DNA of 64,000 nucleotides from an uncultured delta proteobacterium (GCA_963771175.1 CAVYSY010000039.1:96001-160000), one strand, 5' to 3'. Positions 22,486 to 33,992 are shown, numbered from the stretch's first letter. Numbers and translations are program-made. Notes: a model not told the origin generated them from the letters alone.

Positions 22486-23001
22486 ATGATGATGCGCTGG
22501 GTCGGTTTGCTGGTCGCCGTGCTGATGGTGGTGGGCTGCACGTCCGAGGAGGAGAGTCCGAACACACCTCCGGGCGAGACAACGACCCGGGGCGAGTCGG
22601 GAATACCGGACGCGGGTGAGGACGCGGGCACGACGGGGCAGGAGCGCTACACCTACCCGGGCTGTGAGAACCGCACCACCTACTGTCCGAGGGATTTCAC
22701 CTTCACCTGCGCCATGGAGGCGATCGAGCAACAGTACGCGCAGGGGTGCACCCGGGACGCGGACTGCGTATTCGTGACGCTGCCCAACAACTGCGCGGGT
22801 TACGGGAGCTGCGATCCCCGGCCCGTGGTGCTGACCTCGCTCCGTGCCGAGTACGAGACAAAGGCCGCCGCGGAGGTGCAGCGCTACTGCGCGGATGCAC
22901 AGTGCGTGGTCAGCGGCGCCTGCGCTCCCGTCATCCAGCACCCCGCGTGCGATCAAGGACGGTGCGTGGCGCACCCTGGGGAAGCCGACGCGGGACCGTG
23001 A
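22486..23001 (+). CDS. Cys-rich hypothetical lipoprotein
   Basis: Lipobox VVGC; CTRDADC and many Cys; GAGGAG upstream of the start. Confidence 0.65.
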   Translation: MMMRWVGLLVAVLMVVGCTSEEESPNTPPGETTTRGESGIPDAGEDAGTTGQERYTYPGCENRTTYCPRDFTFTCAMEAIEQQYAQGCTRDADCVFVTLPNNCAGYGSCDPRPVVLTSLRAEYETKAAAEVQRYCADAQCVVSGACAPVIQHPACDQGRCVAHPGEADAGP

Positions 23002-23087
23002 GGGCTCGGGGCCGGGGACCGTGATAAGGGAGGGCGCCCCCTGGGAGGTGCGCCCTGTCCGAGCCCCGCAACCGCTTCCTCGAGAAG

Positions 23088-26000
23088 ATGCTCGATCGCC
23101 TGTACGCCTCGCTCGCGTCGGGCCCGAGCATCAACTGCCGTCCCCACAACAGCCGCCAGCGCGTGGACCTCACGGTGCTGAGCCGCCTGGATGGCACCTC
23201 GCCCCAGGCCGTGCTGGCCGGTCTCCTCGGGGAGAAGGGCGCGGTGAAGATCTCCGTGCGCACCTCGGGCGCGGCGAAGGAGGCCGACGCCCCGGGCAAG
23301 CGCGAGGAGGACGAGCGGCAGGCCCTGTTGCGCAAGCTGGGCACCATCGCCGAGGACGCCCGCACCTTCGAGCAGGACACCGGCGCCCAGGTGCTGCACG
23401 TGGGCTTCCCCCTGCTCAACCTGCCCCCGGACTCGAAGGACAAGCGGGGCTTCGCCGGCACCAGGCGTATCCTGGCTCCCATCGCCTTCATCCCCGTGCG
23501 TCTCACTCTCAAGAAGGGTCGCACCCCGGGCGTGGAGCTGGAGGCCGCCACCGACGGCGTGGATCGCGTCATGCCCAACACCGCCCTCCTCGCCTGGGTG
23601 GAGCGGCAGACCGGCAAGCGCTTCGGTGAGCTGTTCGCCGACGAGCAGGGCCAGGATCCCTGGCGCGAGGTGAACGAGCTGGCCGCCGCCGTGGCCAAGG
23701 CCATGGAAATGCCTGCCCTCGCGCCCTTCACCCCGGAGACGCCCCTCTCCCCACCCCTCGCTCCGAGGACGAGACCGCGGCCGGTGCCGCCGTCCTCCCG
23801 TGCGCCGTGCTCGGCCTCTACCCGCTGTCCAACCAGAGCCTCGTGGACGACATGCGGGCGCTCGTGGACGGCGAGCCCATCCAGGGCCCCATCGAGAGCT
23901 TCCTGCGCGTGGGCGTCTCTCTCGGGGACGGGAGCACGCCCAAGACGGAAGCGGTGACCCAGGGCACCTGGCGCTCGGGCGAGGACCGGCTCGTCTCCCT
24001 CGCCGATCCGTGCCAGTCGCGCGCGGTGCGGCTCGCGCGCAGCAGCCGGGGCCTCGTGGTCCATGGGCCTCCGGGCACCGGCAAGTCGCAGACCATCGCC
24101 AACGCCATTGGAGACCACCTGGCTCGCGGCGAGCGCGTCCTGCTCGTCTGCGACAAGCGCACCGCGCTGGACGTGGTGAAGCACCGGCTGGAGCACCTGG
24201 GCCTGGGCTCGCTCTGCGCGGTGGTGCATGACGCGCAGCGCGACCAGCGCGAGCTCTACCTGGGCATCCGCGAGCAGCTCGACAACCTCACCGAGACCCG
24301 GGGCAACCCCGCCGCCCAGGCCGAGCTCTCCCGCGTGGATGCCGAGATGCAGACGCTCCACGACGAGCTCTCCTCCGCCGAGCGCGCCCTCTCCGAGCGC
24401 CCCGCCGGAGGCACCGAGCCCTCCTTCCACGAGCTGGTGGGACAGTGGCTCGGCCAGGAGGCTCCGGAGTCGCTGGCGCGCGCGACGGAGGACCTCGGCT
24501 CCACCCGTCTGGCCGACGCCCGGCCCCACGAGCGCGAGGTGCGCGAGGTGCTGGATCGCGGCGTGAAGGAGGGCTACCCGGACAACCCCTGGCGCACCGC
24601 GCTGGGCATGGAGCTGAAGGACTACCTGTCCACGCCGCTCGCCACGTACCGCGAGCGGATGGCCTCCGCCGTGGAGCCGCGCGCGAGGCGGATGCACAGG
24701 CCTCGCCTGACGTGCCCGCCTTCTCCCCCTCGGGAGACGTGGCCGCCGAGGGCCGGGCCCGCGCCGAGCTCGCCGACAAGCTGGAGCGGGTGTTGCAGGA
24801 GGCTCGTCCCGAGTGGCTGACACGTTGGGCCTCGTCCATGTCCGAGGCGGTACAGGCGACGAAGAGCCAGCTCGAGGGCCTGTCCCCCCAGGTGCAGGTG
24901 TTGAACGCGGGCCCGCTGGACGCGGAGCTGGCGCTGGTGCACCGCTCGGAGCCGCAGGGGCTGGGCGTCCTGGGACAGTGGATGGCGTTCCTCGCGGCCT
25001 GGCTGCAGGTGGCGCACAAGTGGTACCGCTTCCTCTTCTTCTTCACCCGGAGGGCGAAGGCCGTGGAGGTGCTGCGGCGCTTCGGGCTCGCCCTGGGCGT
25101 GGAGGCCGTCGAGCGGGTCTCGCGCTTCCTCACCGGAGTGCGCGCACGAGCCCTGCTCACCGAGTTCCACCACGGCGTCCTCTCCCCCGGCCCCAACGAG
25201 CCCCTCACGGACGAGGTGCTCGCGCGCAGCCTGCGGACCCATGCCGCGCTGTTCGACGTGCTGTTGCAATTGGAGCGTCCAGCGCTCGCCTCCTGTCGAC
25301 AGGTCGTGCGCGAGGCCCTGCGCGGCGATGAGGCGGCACGGACGCGGTTGCTCGCGGGCCTGCGCCAGTCGGCCGTACGAGGCGAGGCCGTGGCCCGCCT
25401 GGAGACCCGGCTGGCCGAAGTGGGCCTCTTCACCCCCGCGTGGCGTACGGCCCAGGGCCGGGAGCTGCGCGCGGGCACGCTGGTGCAACCCCTCCTCGCG
25501 TCGCTCGCCTCGCGGCTGTCCAGCGTGGAGGGGCTGTTGAGGATCCGAGCACTCGTGTCCGGACTGCCCCCGGCGCTCGGCGCGACGGCCGACAAGCTGG
25601 CCCTGGCGGGCGCGGAGGCCGAGAACGGCTGGCGCGCGGTGCGCAAGGCGGTGCTGGCCGCGGAGGTGTCCGCTCGGCTGCGGGAGAACCCGGTGCTCCA
25701 GCACATCGACGCGGACCGCATCCACGCGAGCCAGACGCGCTACCGCGCCCTGGAGGCCCGGAAGCGCGAGCTGGTGCGCGACGTCATCCTCCACCGCTGG
25801 ACGGAGCGCCAGCGAGAGCGGCTGCTGGCCGCCACGGGGGGACGGCTCAACGGACTGAGCACGGAGCTGCGCCGCCGCCTGCTGCTGCGCGGCGAGCGGG
25901 CGATGCGAGTGCGTCAGGTCATCGCCACGGGGGCGGGCATCGAGGGCGGCGATCCGCTCTTCGACGTGCGGCCGGTGTGGATGGCGAGCCCTCAGACGGT

Positions 26001-27417
26001 GGCGCAGATCTTCCCCCGCCGAGAGCTCTTCGACGTGGTCATCTTCGACGAGTCCTCGCAGTGCCGTCTGGAGGAGGCGCTGCCGGTGCTGACGCGGGCG
26101 AAGCGGGTGGTCATCGCGGGAGACCCCAAGCAGCTCCCGCCCACGCGCTTCTTCGAGTCCGCGGTGGTGCAGAGCCAGGAGGAGGCGGAGGCCGAGGACG
26201 AGCAGGGCCTCTTCGAGGAGCAGCAGTCCGAGGTGGAGGATCTGCTCGGCGCGGCGCTGAACCTGGAGATCGACCAGTGCTACCTGGACGTGCACTACCG
26301 CTCGCGGAACGCGGACCTGATCGGGTTCAGCAACGAGCACTTCTATGACTCGCGGCTGCAGGCCATTCCGGGGCACCCGTCCAACCGGGTGGAGCACGCG
26401 CCGCTGCGGCTCGTCCACGCGGGAGGCCTCTACGAGAAGCGGGTGAACGTGGTGGAGGCGCGGGCTGTGGGAGCGATGGTGAAGGAATTGCTCTCACGGC
26501 CGGAGCCGCCGTCCATCGGCGTGGCGTGCTTCAACCTGACGCAGCGGGACGCCATCATCGAGGTGCTGGAGGAGTTGGCGTCGGCGGACGCGGACTTCGC
26601 GGCGAAGCTGGCGGCGGCGCGGGTCCGGCGCGGCGAGGGCTCGTTCGAGGGCCTCTTCGTGAAGAACCTGGAGAACGTCCAGGGCGACGAGCGGGATCAC
26701 ATCATCATCAGCACCACGTACGGGCCGGACTCGAAGGGCCGCTTCTACCGGCGCTTCGGACCGCTGGGGAGCGCGGGCGGCGGGCGGCGGCTGAACGTGC
26801 TGGTGACGCGGGCCCGGCAGATGGTGCACCTGGTGACGTCCATCCCGCGCGAGCAGTACTCGGCACTGCCCCCCGTGGAGGGCGGCCGGAAGCCGAACGG
26901 CGGCTGGCTGCTCTTCGCCTACCTCCAGTACGCCGAGCGGCTCGCGGAGGAGTACGCGCGCGAGTCCGGGCAGCCAATGGAGACCCTGGAGCGGCCGGAG
27001 CCGGTGGTGCGCGAGCGGGAGACGGAGGCGGGCTCGGCCTTCGCGCGGTCACTGGCGATGGACCTGGCGCGGGAGCACGGCGTCTCCTCGGACGTGCACT
27101 GGGGCAACGACGGCTTCTGCGTGGACGTGGCCCTGCACCATCCTCGCCGCGCTGGAGACGTGACGGTGGGCGTGCTGTGCGACGGCACGCGCTACCCGAA
27201 GGCGACGGACCCGGTGGAGTGGGACCTGTTCCGCACGGCCGTCCTGGAGTCCCAGGGATGGAAGCTGGTGCGGCTGTGGTCGCCGCACTTCTTCCGCGAC
27301 CCCCAGGGCGCCCAGGAGAAGGTGCTCCAGGCGGCCAGCGAGCAGATCACGCGCCAGCCGCCGGTGCCGGCCTCCCCGGCGACTCAGGGTGAGCCAGCCC
27401 GCCGCGTCCTCAACTGA
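23088..27417 (+). CDS. DUF4011 + SF1 (Upf1/DNA2-like) helicase + Vsr/MTES_1575-like nuclease; Hhe-like candidate antiphage protein (two frameshifts)
   Basis: EDARTFEQDTGAQVLHVGFPLL/LAPIAFIPV; GPPGTGKS; FDESSQ; GDPKQLPP; HYRS; ENVQGDERD; RRLNVLVTRAR; C-terminal VDVAL..VLCDG..LESQGWKLVRLWS. Confidence 0.85.
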
Positions 27418-27418
27418 C

Positions 27419-28072
27419 TCAGCCCTTCTTGACGACGTGGATGTTGAAGTCCGGGGTGCCCAGCGCGCCCCACAGGCGGATCCACAGCATCAGGTAGCTC
27501 TCGGTGCCGCGGGCCGTGGTGATGTCACCCATATCGATGACCTGCTTCCAGCCGAACCCATCGGTGAGGAGCTGCTTCACCTGCTTCTTCGCCTCGGCGT
27601 CGTTGCCGGAGACGAACACGGTGTGCTCACCGGGGATACGCGCCGGGTCCACCATCACGTTGGCGTTGACGGTGTTGAGCGTCTTGACCACCTTCAGCTC
27701 GGGGAAGGCACGCTGGATGCGCTCGCCGAGCGAGTCGTCGTTGGAGACGAACAGCGTGGGCGGCATGCCCTTGGTGAAATCGAGCGGGTTGGAGAGATCC
27801 AGGAGGATCTTCCCCTTCAGGTTCTCCTTCCCGGCGGCTTCGAGCGCGGGGATGGAGCCCGTGCCCAGCGTGCAGTTGAAGAGGAGCTCCCCGAAGGCCG
27901 CCGCGTCGGCGAACGTGCCCTGCGAGGCCCTGGCGCCCGCCTTCTTCACCCAGGCGGCGGCCTTCTCGTTGGTCGCCGAGCGCGAGCCCATCTTCACCTC
28001 GTGCCCCAGCGCGACCAGCTTGCTGGCAATCGTCTCGCCGACCACTCCGGTACCCAGAACCGCGATCTTCAT
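27419..28072 (-). CDS. NADPH-dependent F420 reductase-family (dinucleotide-binding) oxidoreductase
   Basis: [33 protein letters not shown]. Confidence 0.85.
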   Translation of the reverse strand: MKIAVLGTGVVGETIASKLVALGHEVKMGSRSATNEKAAAWVKKAGARASQGTFADAAAFGELLFNCTLGTGSIPALEAAGKENLKGKILLDLSNPLDFTKGMPPTLFVSNDDSLGERIQRAFPELKVVKTLNTVNANVMVDPARIPGEHTVFVSGNDAEAKKQVKQLLTDGFGWKQVIDMGDITTARGTESYLMLWIRLWGALGTPDFNIHVVKKG

Positions 28073-28121
28073 GGCTGTCCCTCCGTGGGGCGCCCCCTGT
28101 ATGGCGCCAGAAGCCTGAACG

Positions 28122-29840
28122 CTAGTCCACCTGCACGCGGGCCAGCTTGCCGCGGTCGCCGATGAAGTCGTCCACCCCGTGGGCGATGGCCTGGGCCACG
28201 TCGTCCTGGTACTTCTCCGAGGCCAGCCGCTTCTCCTCCTCGGGGTGGGACAGGAAGGCCGTCTCCACGAGGATGGCCGGCATCTTCGTGCCCAGCAGCA
28301 CGTAGAAGAGCGCCTCCTTCGTGCCCAGGTCCTTCACGCCCGAGTAGTCGCTTGCCAGGTGGCTCACCAGGTTCTTCTGCACCTGGGTCGCCAGCCGCGA
28401 GGACTCCTCGGTGTTGGCCTTGGTGGCCAGGTCCGCGAGGATGAACTGCAGGTCGCTGATGCCCTTCTCGGAGGACGCGTTCTCGCGCGCCGCCAGACGG
28501 ATGGAGTAGCGATCCGCCGAGGTGTTGAGCGTGTACGTCTCGATGCCCCGCAGCTTCGAGGTGGGCGCCGAGTTGCAGTGGATGGAGATGAAGAGATCTC
28601 CCTTCAGCTCGTTGGCCTGCCGCGCGCGCTCCTCCAGCTTGAGGTAGCGATCGTCCTCGCGGGTGAGCAGCACCTCCAGCCCGCGCTCGCGGAGCTGCTG
28701 CGCGAGCTTCCGCGCGATGGCCAGCGTCACGTCCTTCTCCCGGGTGCCCTTGCGGCCGATGGCGCCGGTGTCGTGCCCGCCGTGGCCCGCGTCGATGACC
28801 ACCCGGCGCACCTTCAGCCCGAGCTGCTCCGCCAGCGTCAGCTCGGCCTTCTTGGACACCTTGGCCACGGCCTTGAGGCGGGCCTGGGCGATCTGATCGT
28901 CCACCGGGGCGGTGACGGGCTTGTTCGTCGGCGCGGGCGGCTCGGGGACCACAACCGGAGCGGAGGCCACGGCCTGCGCGGGCTCCACCACCGGCTTCGG
29001 CTCCGGAGCGGGCGCGGGCTTCGACTCCGGAGCAGGCGCGGGCTTCGACTCCGGGGCGGGCGCCACTTGCGCCACCTGGGCAGCCTTCGTGCCGGGCTCC
29101 CGACCGGTCCGGCTGATGGCGTTGATCAGTGGCGACGCGCCGGAGGACCGTTCCCCGCCCGTCGCGGGAGCCTCGGCCACGGTGGGAGCCGGCTCCAGAT
29201 CGGCCGGCTTCGACAGGTCGACGCGGACGACGGGCAGCGGCTCGGCCGGGGGCGACTTGGAGCTCTCGGAGGAGGCCACGGCCGGTGCCGGGGCGGGCGT
29301 CGGCTCGGGATCGCGCACCGGGGCCTTGGAGGTGTTGCGCACCGGCAGCGAGGCCAGCAGGGCCTTCAGCTCGCGGGCCCGATCCCCCTTGGGGTTGGCC
29401 TTCAGGATGCCGGTGAGGACGCGGCGCGCGGACTCGGGCTGATCCAACCGCTCGAAGTAGATGGTCGCGAGCGCGAGGGCCGCATCGTCCGCGAGCCGGT
29501 GCCGCGAGTGGGCCTCCACCACACGGGTGTAGTCGGAGATGGCCGCCTGCTGATCCTGCGTGACGAAGGAGATGCGGCTCAGCTCGTTGAGCAGCTCCGC
29601 GGCGGTATAGAGGGCCTCCGGGGTGCGCGAGCTCTTGGGGTAGTGGCTGGCCACGGCCTCGAACCTGCTGGCCACGTTGAGCCAGTGGTGGCGCAGCTTG
29701 CGCCGGGCCGCGTCATCCTTGAGGGCGTAGTAGGATCTGCGAGCCTCCTGGTAGGCGACCTCGTCCGCGTCGCGCTTCGCCGCCTGGACGGCGATCGGCA
29801 ACAGCAGGGCCAGCAGAAGGAGGGCGGGTCGCAGGGGCAT
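28122..29840 (-). CDS. N-acetylmuramoyl-L-alanine amidase (Amidase_3) with N-terminal TPR-like region and Pro/Ala linker
   Basis: [37 protein letters not shown]; signal peptide; APAPE(S/P)KP x3 linker. Confidence 0.92.
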   Translation of the reverse strand: MPLRPALLLLALLLPIAVQAAKRDADEVAYQEARRSYYALKDDAARRKLRHHWLNVASRFEAVASHYPKSSRTPEALYTAAELLNELSRISFVTQDQQAAISDYTRVVEAHSRHRLADDAALALATIYFERLDQPESARRVLTGILKANPKGDRARELKALLASLPVRNTSKAPVRDPEPTPAPAPAVASSESSKSPPAEPLPVVRVDLSKPADLEPAPTVAEAPATGGERSSGASPLINAISRTGREPGTKAAQVAQVAPAPESKPAPAPESKPAPAPEPKPVVEPAQAVASAPVVVPEPPAPTNKPVTAPVDDQIAQARLKAVAKVSKKAELTLAEQLGLKVRRVVIDAGHGGHDTGAIGRKGTREKDVTLAIARKLAQQLRERGLEVLLTREDDRYLKLEERARQANELKGDLFISIHCNSAPTSKLRGIETYTLNTSADRYSIRLAARENASSEKGISDLQFILADLATKANTEESSRLATQVQKNLVSHLASDYSGVKDLGTKEALFYVLLGTKMPAILVETAFLSHPEEEKRLASEKYQDDVAQAIAHGVDDFIGDRGKLARVQVD

Positions 29841-29995
29841 CGGGAGTCCTCCGGGGACGGCGAGGGCTACAGACGTGTGTCACGCCCCCCCTACCCCGGC
29901 AAATTTTCGACCCCCAAGGGTTTGAAGATCGACCCTGCGGGCGGGTACACTCGACCTTCGGGCACCTTCCGTGTGCCGTATTTTCGGGAGATTCC

Positions 29996-30982
29996 ATGGC
30001 GCAACCCCCCCCGGATCAGGGCGGCAAGGGTCAGGGCGGTTCGGGTCCTGGTCAGCGCACGTCCACCAGCGGCTCCACACCGGCGGCCCGCCCCAACACC
30101 GGCACGGGCATTCCCCGCACGGCCACCAGCAGTTCCACGCCCGCGCCCCGGACCGCCACGGGCACGGGCATCCCCCGCACGGCCACCAGCGGCTCCACAC
30201 CCGCGGCCCGGACCGCCACGGGGGAGCAGGCCGTCCGCCGCAGCCCCACCCTGTCGGGCCTTCCCAACGTGCGCGTCGGCGTCAACGCCTTCGAGCTGGG
30301 CTCCATCCCGGACTCCAAGTCCTACAAGAAGCGCATCGACAAGTCCGCCTTCGACGGCGCGGAGGAGCAGACCCACACGGGCGCCCTGCTGGGCGCTCGC
30401 CGTCCGGTGATGCCGCCTCCCGAGGAGGAGAGCACCTCGGTGGGCAAGACCTTCGACGGGACGAACCCGCCCAAGGAGCTGGCCAGCCGCGACCTGTGGA
30501 AGGCCATCAACGCCCCCCTGCAGAGCCGCGAGGGCCGGCGCACCCCGGACCTCTACACGCAGGTCATCAACCAGTTCGCCGCCGGCAACAACCCGCGCTA
30601 CGAGCCCGATGATCCGAGCCGGCCGCGCGCCCACATCTTCGTCTGGGACGTCACCCGCGCGATGAACGCGGAGATCCCCCACTTCGTCGGGCCTCGGGAG
30701 CTGTCGCTCGCGCAGACGAGCGACTGGCTGCGCCACGAGGGCCCCATGCGGGGCTGGCGTCGGGCGGATGCCGAGAGCGCCCTCGCCGCCGCCAACGCGG
30801 GCAAGCCCGTGGTGGCCATACCCAAGGACTCCAACGTCAAGGGCATGAGCATGGTGCGACCGGGAGAGCTCGGCCCCGACGGCAGGCCGCGCTTCGCCTC
30901 GGCGGGCCTCAATCGGGGCAATGACCTGAGCGCCAAGGAGGCCCTTGGCGTGATGGCGGTGGAGTACTACTTCCACGATTGA
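29996..30982 (+). CDS. Hypothetical protein: Thr/Ser/Pro-rich repeats plus a degenerate CHAP/NlpC-like amidase domain
   Basis: VINQF..NPRY..IFVWDVTRAMNAEIPHF..WL..GWR..ANAGKPVVA pattern of a myxobacterial peptidoglycan-hydrolase-like family. Confidence 0.6.
   Translation: MAQPPPDQGGKGQGGSGPGQRTSTSGSTPAARPNTGTGIPRTATSSSTPAPRTATGTGIPRTATSGSTPAARTATGEQAVRRSPTLSGLPNVRVGVNAFELGSIPDSKSYKKRIDKSAFDGAEEQTHTGALLGARRPVMPPPEEESTSVGKTFDGTNPPKELASRDLWKAINAPLQSREGRRTPDLYTQVINQFAAGNNPRYEPDDPSRPRAHIFVWDVTRAMNAEIPHFVGPRELSLAQTSDWLRHEGPMRGWRRADAESALAAANAGKPVVAIPKDSNVKGMSMVRPGELGPDGRPRFASAGLNRGNDLSAKEALGVMAVEYYFHD
30056..30222 (+). repeat. 60-bp coding tandem repeat (about 2.7 copies; TATSxSTPAxRTATGTGIPR)
   Basis: Lines 30061, 30121 and 30181 align column for column. 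Confidence 0.9.
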
Positions 30983-30992
30983 GGCGGGTGCC

Positions 30993-31757
30993 TCAGCGCA
31001 CCCACCGCAGCGCCCGGGCCAGCTCCTCGTCGATGACGCGGGCCTGGTCGGGCAGCGAGGACGACACCGCCGCCAGCACCTTGTCCCCGTTGCGCACCGG
31101 AGCCCGACCGGGGCGCAGGCGCGCGCGCACCGCGTGCTTCCGGTCCTGCTTCCAGTAGCTGGCCGGGAAGTGCACCTCGCGGCGGGACTCCGGCAGCGGG
31201 CCGTCCGGCGTCAGCCACACCAGCATGCCCGTGCGCAGCGGCTCCAGCTCCACGCGCAGCGTCCGCCGCAGCTCCCGGACGAAGAGGCCCACCGCCACGA
31301 GCCCCCCGAGCGCCAGTCCCCAGGGCACCAGCCCCAGGGCCTGGGCACGAGAGCGCACGTAGCCCGCCTCGCGGGGCCTGTCCGGCAGGAGGGGATCCAC
31401 CAGCAGTTGGATGCGCGCCCCGGGACCCAGCCCCTCGGCGTATTCGGCGAAGGTGCGCACCCCGCTGGCCGAGTACTGCGCCTTGCCCACGGTGTAGAGC
31501 ACTTCCAGCGTCGCCTCGGCGCCCTCGCGCTCACCCCGGGGAGGGAGCTTCAGGGCCGCCACCCTGCCCTCCAGCGCCTCGGCCCGCGCGAGGAAGCCTT
31601 GCTCCTCCACCACGAGCCGACCCAGGGCCCACGCACCCGCGCCAAGCGCCGCCATCAACCCGAGCCCCACCGCCAGCACCCGGACGAGCCGGAGAAGGGA
31701 ACCGGGGACCTGCGAGAGGGGGACGCGTCGGGGGGCCTGGGGAATGGCGAGCTGCAT
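30993..31757 (-). CDS. DUF3592-like membrane protein
   Basis: TM segment, beta-rich domain (EGRV...LEVLYTVG...GARIQLLVDP..PDRPR), second TM segment. Confidence 0.6.
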   Translation of the reverse strand: MQLAIPQAPRRVPLSQVPGSLLRLVRVLAVGLGLMAALGAGAWALGRLVVEEQGFLARAEALEGRVAALKLPPRGEREGAEATLEVLYTVGKAQYSASGVRTFAEYAEGLGPGARIQLLVDPLLPDRPREAGYVRSRAQALGLVPWGLALGGLVAVGLFVRELRRTLRVELEPLRTGMLVWLTPDGPLPESRREVHFPASYWKQDRKHAVRARLRPGRAPVRNGDKVLAAVSSSLPDQARVIDEELARALRWVR

Positions 31758-31831
31758 GCCCCCATCCTACCGCCAAGAGGACGGGGCGGCCCGCGCGGGC
31801 GCGAATTGGCGCTCGGGGCCGCCCCAGCGGA

Positions 31832-32185
31832 TCAGATCAGATCCTTGAGCGCCTTGAGCGGCTGGATCTTCACGACCTTGCGGGCCGGCTTGGCCTTGAA
31901 GACGGTCTCCAGGCCGGTGAAGGGGTTGATGCCCTTGCGCGCCTTGGTGGCCGGCTTCTTCACGACCTTCAGCTTCATCAGACCGGGGACCACGAACTTC
32001 CCCGAGCCGCGAGCGCCGAGGCTCTTCCCGATCTGCCCGCTGAGCGCGGTGAAGACCGCGGCGACCTGCTTGCGGGAGAGACCGGTCTCCTCGGCGATGT
32101 TGAGGACGATCTCGGACTTGGTGGGGGACCTGCCAGTGGTGGGGGTGCTCTTCTTCGCAGCGCCTGCAGCCTTCTTCGCAGCCAT
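31832..32185 (-). CDS. HU/IHF-family DNA-binding protein
   Basis: TKSEIVLNIAEETGLSRKQV, FVVPGL, ARKGINPFTG, KPARKVVK. Confidence 0.92.
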   Translation of the reverse strand: MAAKKAAGAAKKSTPTTGRSPTKSEIVLNIAEETGLSRKQVAAVFTALSGQIGKSLGARGSGKFVVPGLMKLKVVKKPATKARKGINPFTGLETVFKAKPARKVVKIQPLKALKDLI

Positions 32186-32291
32186 GTGGACTCCTGTACG
32201 TGGTGAGACGACGCGATCCCATACCACTGTCCGGGCCGTATGGCGGACACGGATTCAGCGAGATTGTGCGGCAACGTGTATTCGCCGGGGA

Positions 32292-33095
32292 CTATTTTGG
32301 ACCGTCTTGGGGGGCGCGGTTCTTCGAACGGCGCGCCAGCCAGTTGCGGAGGAAGGCCTTCACCTCCGGGTGCTGGGACTCGCGGACCACCTCGGGCGGA
32401 CCCGACTCGACGATGCGACCTTCGTGCATGAGGGCGATGTTGTCGGCCATGCCAAAGGCGGACGCCACGTCCGGAGTGATCACGACCGAGGTCGCCCCGA
32501 GCTGCTGCCTGGCGGTGAGGATGATGTCGTTGACGGCGGCCGTGGTGAGCGGGTCCAGGCCGGCCGTGGGGTCGTCATAGAGGAGGATCCTGGGCCGGAG
32601 GATGGTGGCGCGCGCGAAGCCCACGCGCTTCTGCATGCCGCCGGACAGCTCGCCAGGAAAGCGCAGGGCCGCGTGAGACAGCCCCACCATGGCCAGGGTC
32701 TTGTTCACCGTCTCCTGGATTTCCTCCTCGGACATGCGGGTGCGCTCGCGCAGGGGGAACGCCACGTTGTCGAAGACGGTGAGCGAGTCGAAGAGGGCAT
32801 TGGCCTGGAAGAGGATGCCCTGATTGCGGCGCATCTGGTTCAGCGCGGACTCGTCCATCCGCGCCACCTCCTGGCCCTCCACGAGCACCGAGCCCCGATC
32901 CGGCTTGAGCAGGCCCATGATGTGCTTCATCAGCACCGACTTGCCCGAACCGGAGATCCCCATCAGCACGCTCGTGGTGCCCTCGGGCACCACCAGGTCC
33001 ACGCCCCGCAGGGCCTGATGGCCGTCAAAGGACTTGTGGAGATCCCTCACCTCGATGGCCAGCTTGCGTGCCGGCTCGCTGCTCGTGTCGCTCAT
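32292..33095 (-). CDS. MlaF/Mkl-like ABC transporter ATP-binding protein with degenerate catalytic motifs
   Basis: GISGSGKS, LFDSLTVFDNVAFPL, LSGGMQKRV; YDDP and ITPD in place of YDEP and ITHD. Confidence 0.85.
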   Translation of the reverse strand: MSDTSSEPARKLAIEVRDLHKSFDGHQALRGVDLVVPEGTTSVLMGISGSGKSVLMKHIMGLLKPDRGSVLVEGQEVARMDESALNQMRRNQGILFQANALFDSLTVFDNVAFPLRERTRMSEEEIQETVNKTLAMVGLSHAALRFPGELSGGMQKRVGFARATILRPRILLYDDPTAGLDPLTTAAVNDIILTARQQLGATSVVITPDVASAFGMADNIALMHEGRIVESGPPEVVRESQHPEVKAFLRNWLARRSKNRAPQDGPK

Positions 33096-33221
33096 CGCGT
33101 CGCCATCATACCCGCGGCCTGACCGACGACAGCGGTCCGTCGGCCATCACCCGCGGGTTGGCTTGCTCGGGGAGGGGCCTGACGCATCCCCCTGCCCTTC
33201 CAGGGTGAGCAAGGGCGCGGA

Positions 33222-33992
33222 CTAGAGGCGCTCCGCCACCAGGAGCACGTCATAGGCGAGCCGCTCCCCCTGTGGAGTGGCGTAGTCGTGCTCGATGATG
33301 CGCTGGATGCCACGCATGAGCGGGTGGTCGGGGCGCTGCAGCCGGTAGAAGGGCCACTCCAGCCAGTGGCCGAGCGGAGCCAGCAGGCCCCCGCGCCAGC
33401 GCAGCTGCCGCACGGCGAAGCGGGGCTCGAGCAGCGCGCGGAGCTCGCTCAGGGTGAAGTGGTGGTGCCAGACGATATCCGCCTCGCCCGCGGCATAGCC
33501 CGCCTCGCGTCCTCGTCCGCCGAGTCGCTGGGAGGCCCAGCGGAAGAGGCGTGGAGCGCGGAACCGGGCATTGGCCGGGTCGAGCGGCGCGAAGAGGCCG
33601 GCATGGGGCACCGAGAGCACCAGCCGCCCCCGGGGCGCGAGCACGCGGTGCACCTCGGCCAACGCAGGGGCCCGGAGCTGCTCGGGGATGTGTTCGAGCA
33701 CCTCCATGCAGAACACCGTGTCCATGGAGCCGTCGGCCCACGGCAGCCGATCCGCGGAGCCGGCCACGACTTCGGCCCCTGACATCAGGCGCTCGCGAGC
33801 GCGTGCGACTGCCGCGGCGTTGATATCCATGCCATACAGCCGGGGCACCCCCAGCTGCCGCAGGCCGACGAGCAGGTCACCGACGTTGCACCCCAGATCG
33901 AGCACCGAGCGGGCCGAGTCCGGCAGGTAGTGCAGGGGGTGCCAGGGTTTCTGGTTGGAGTGGTCGACTGCGATTGGCGTAGGGGAAGACAC
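33222..33992 (-). CDS. Class I SAM-dependent methyltransferase
   Basis: VLDLGCNVG, GMDIN, LPWADGSMDTVFCMEVLEHI, RVLAPRG. Confidence 0.88.
   Translation of the reverse strand: MSSPTPIAVDHSNQKPWHPLHYLPDSARSVLDLGCNVGDLLVGLRQLGVPRLYGMDINAAAVARARERLMSGAEVVAGSADRLPWADGSMDTVFCMEVLEHIPEQLRAPALAEVHRVLAPRGRLVLSVPHAGLFAPLDPANARFRAPRLFRWASQRLGGRGREAGYAAGEADIVWHHHFTLSELRALLEPRFAVRQLRWRGGLLAPLGHWLEWPFYRLQRPDHPLMRGIQRIIEHDYATPQGERLAYDVLLVAERL

Noticed and set aside
28990..29065. 24-bp tandem repeat as a regulatory or mobile feature
   Set aside because: It encodes the APAPE(S/P)KP linker of the amidase.
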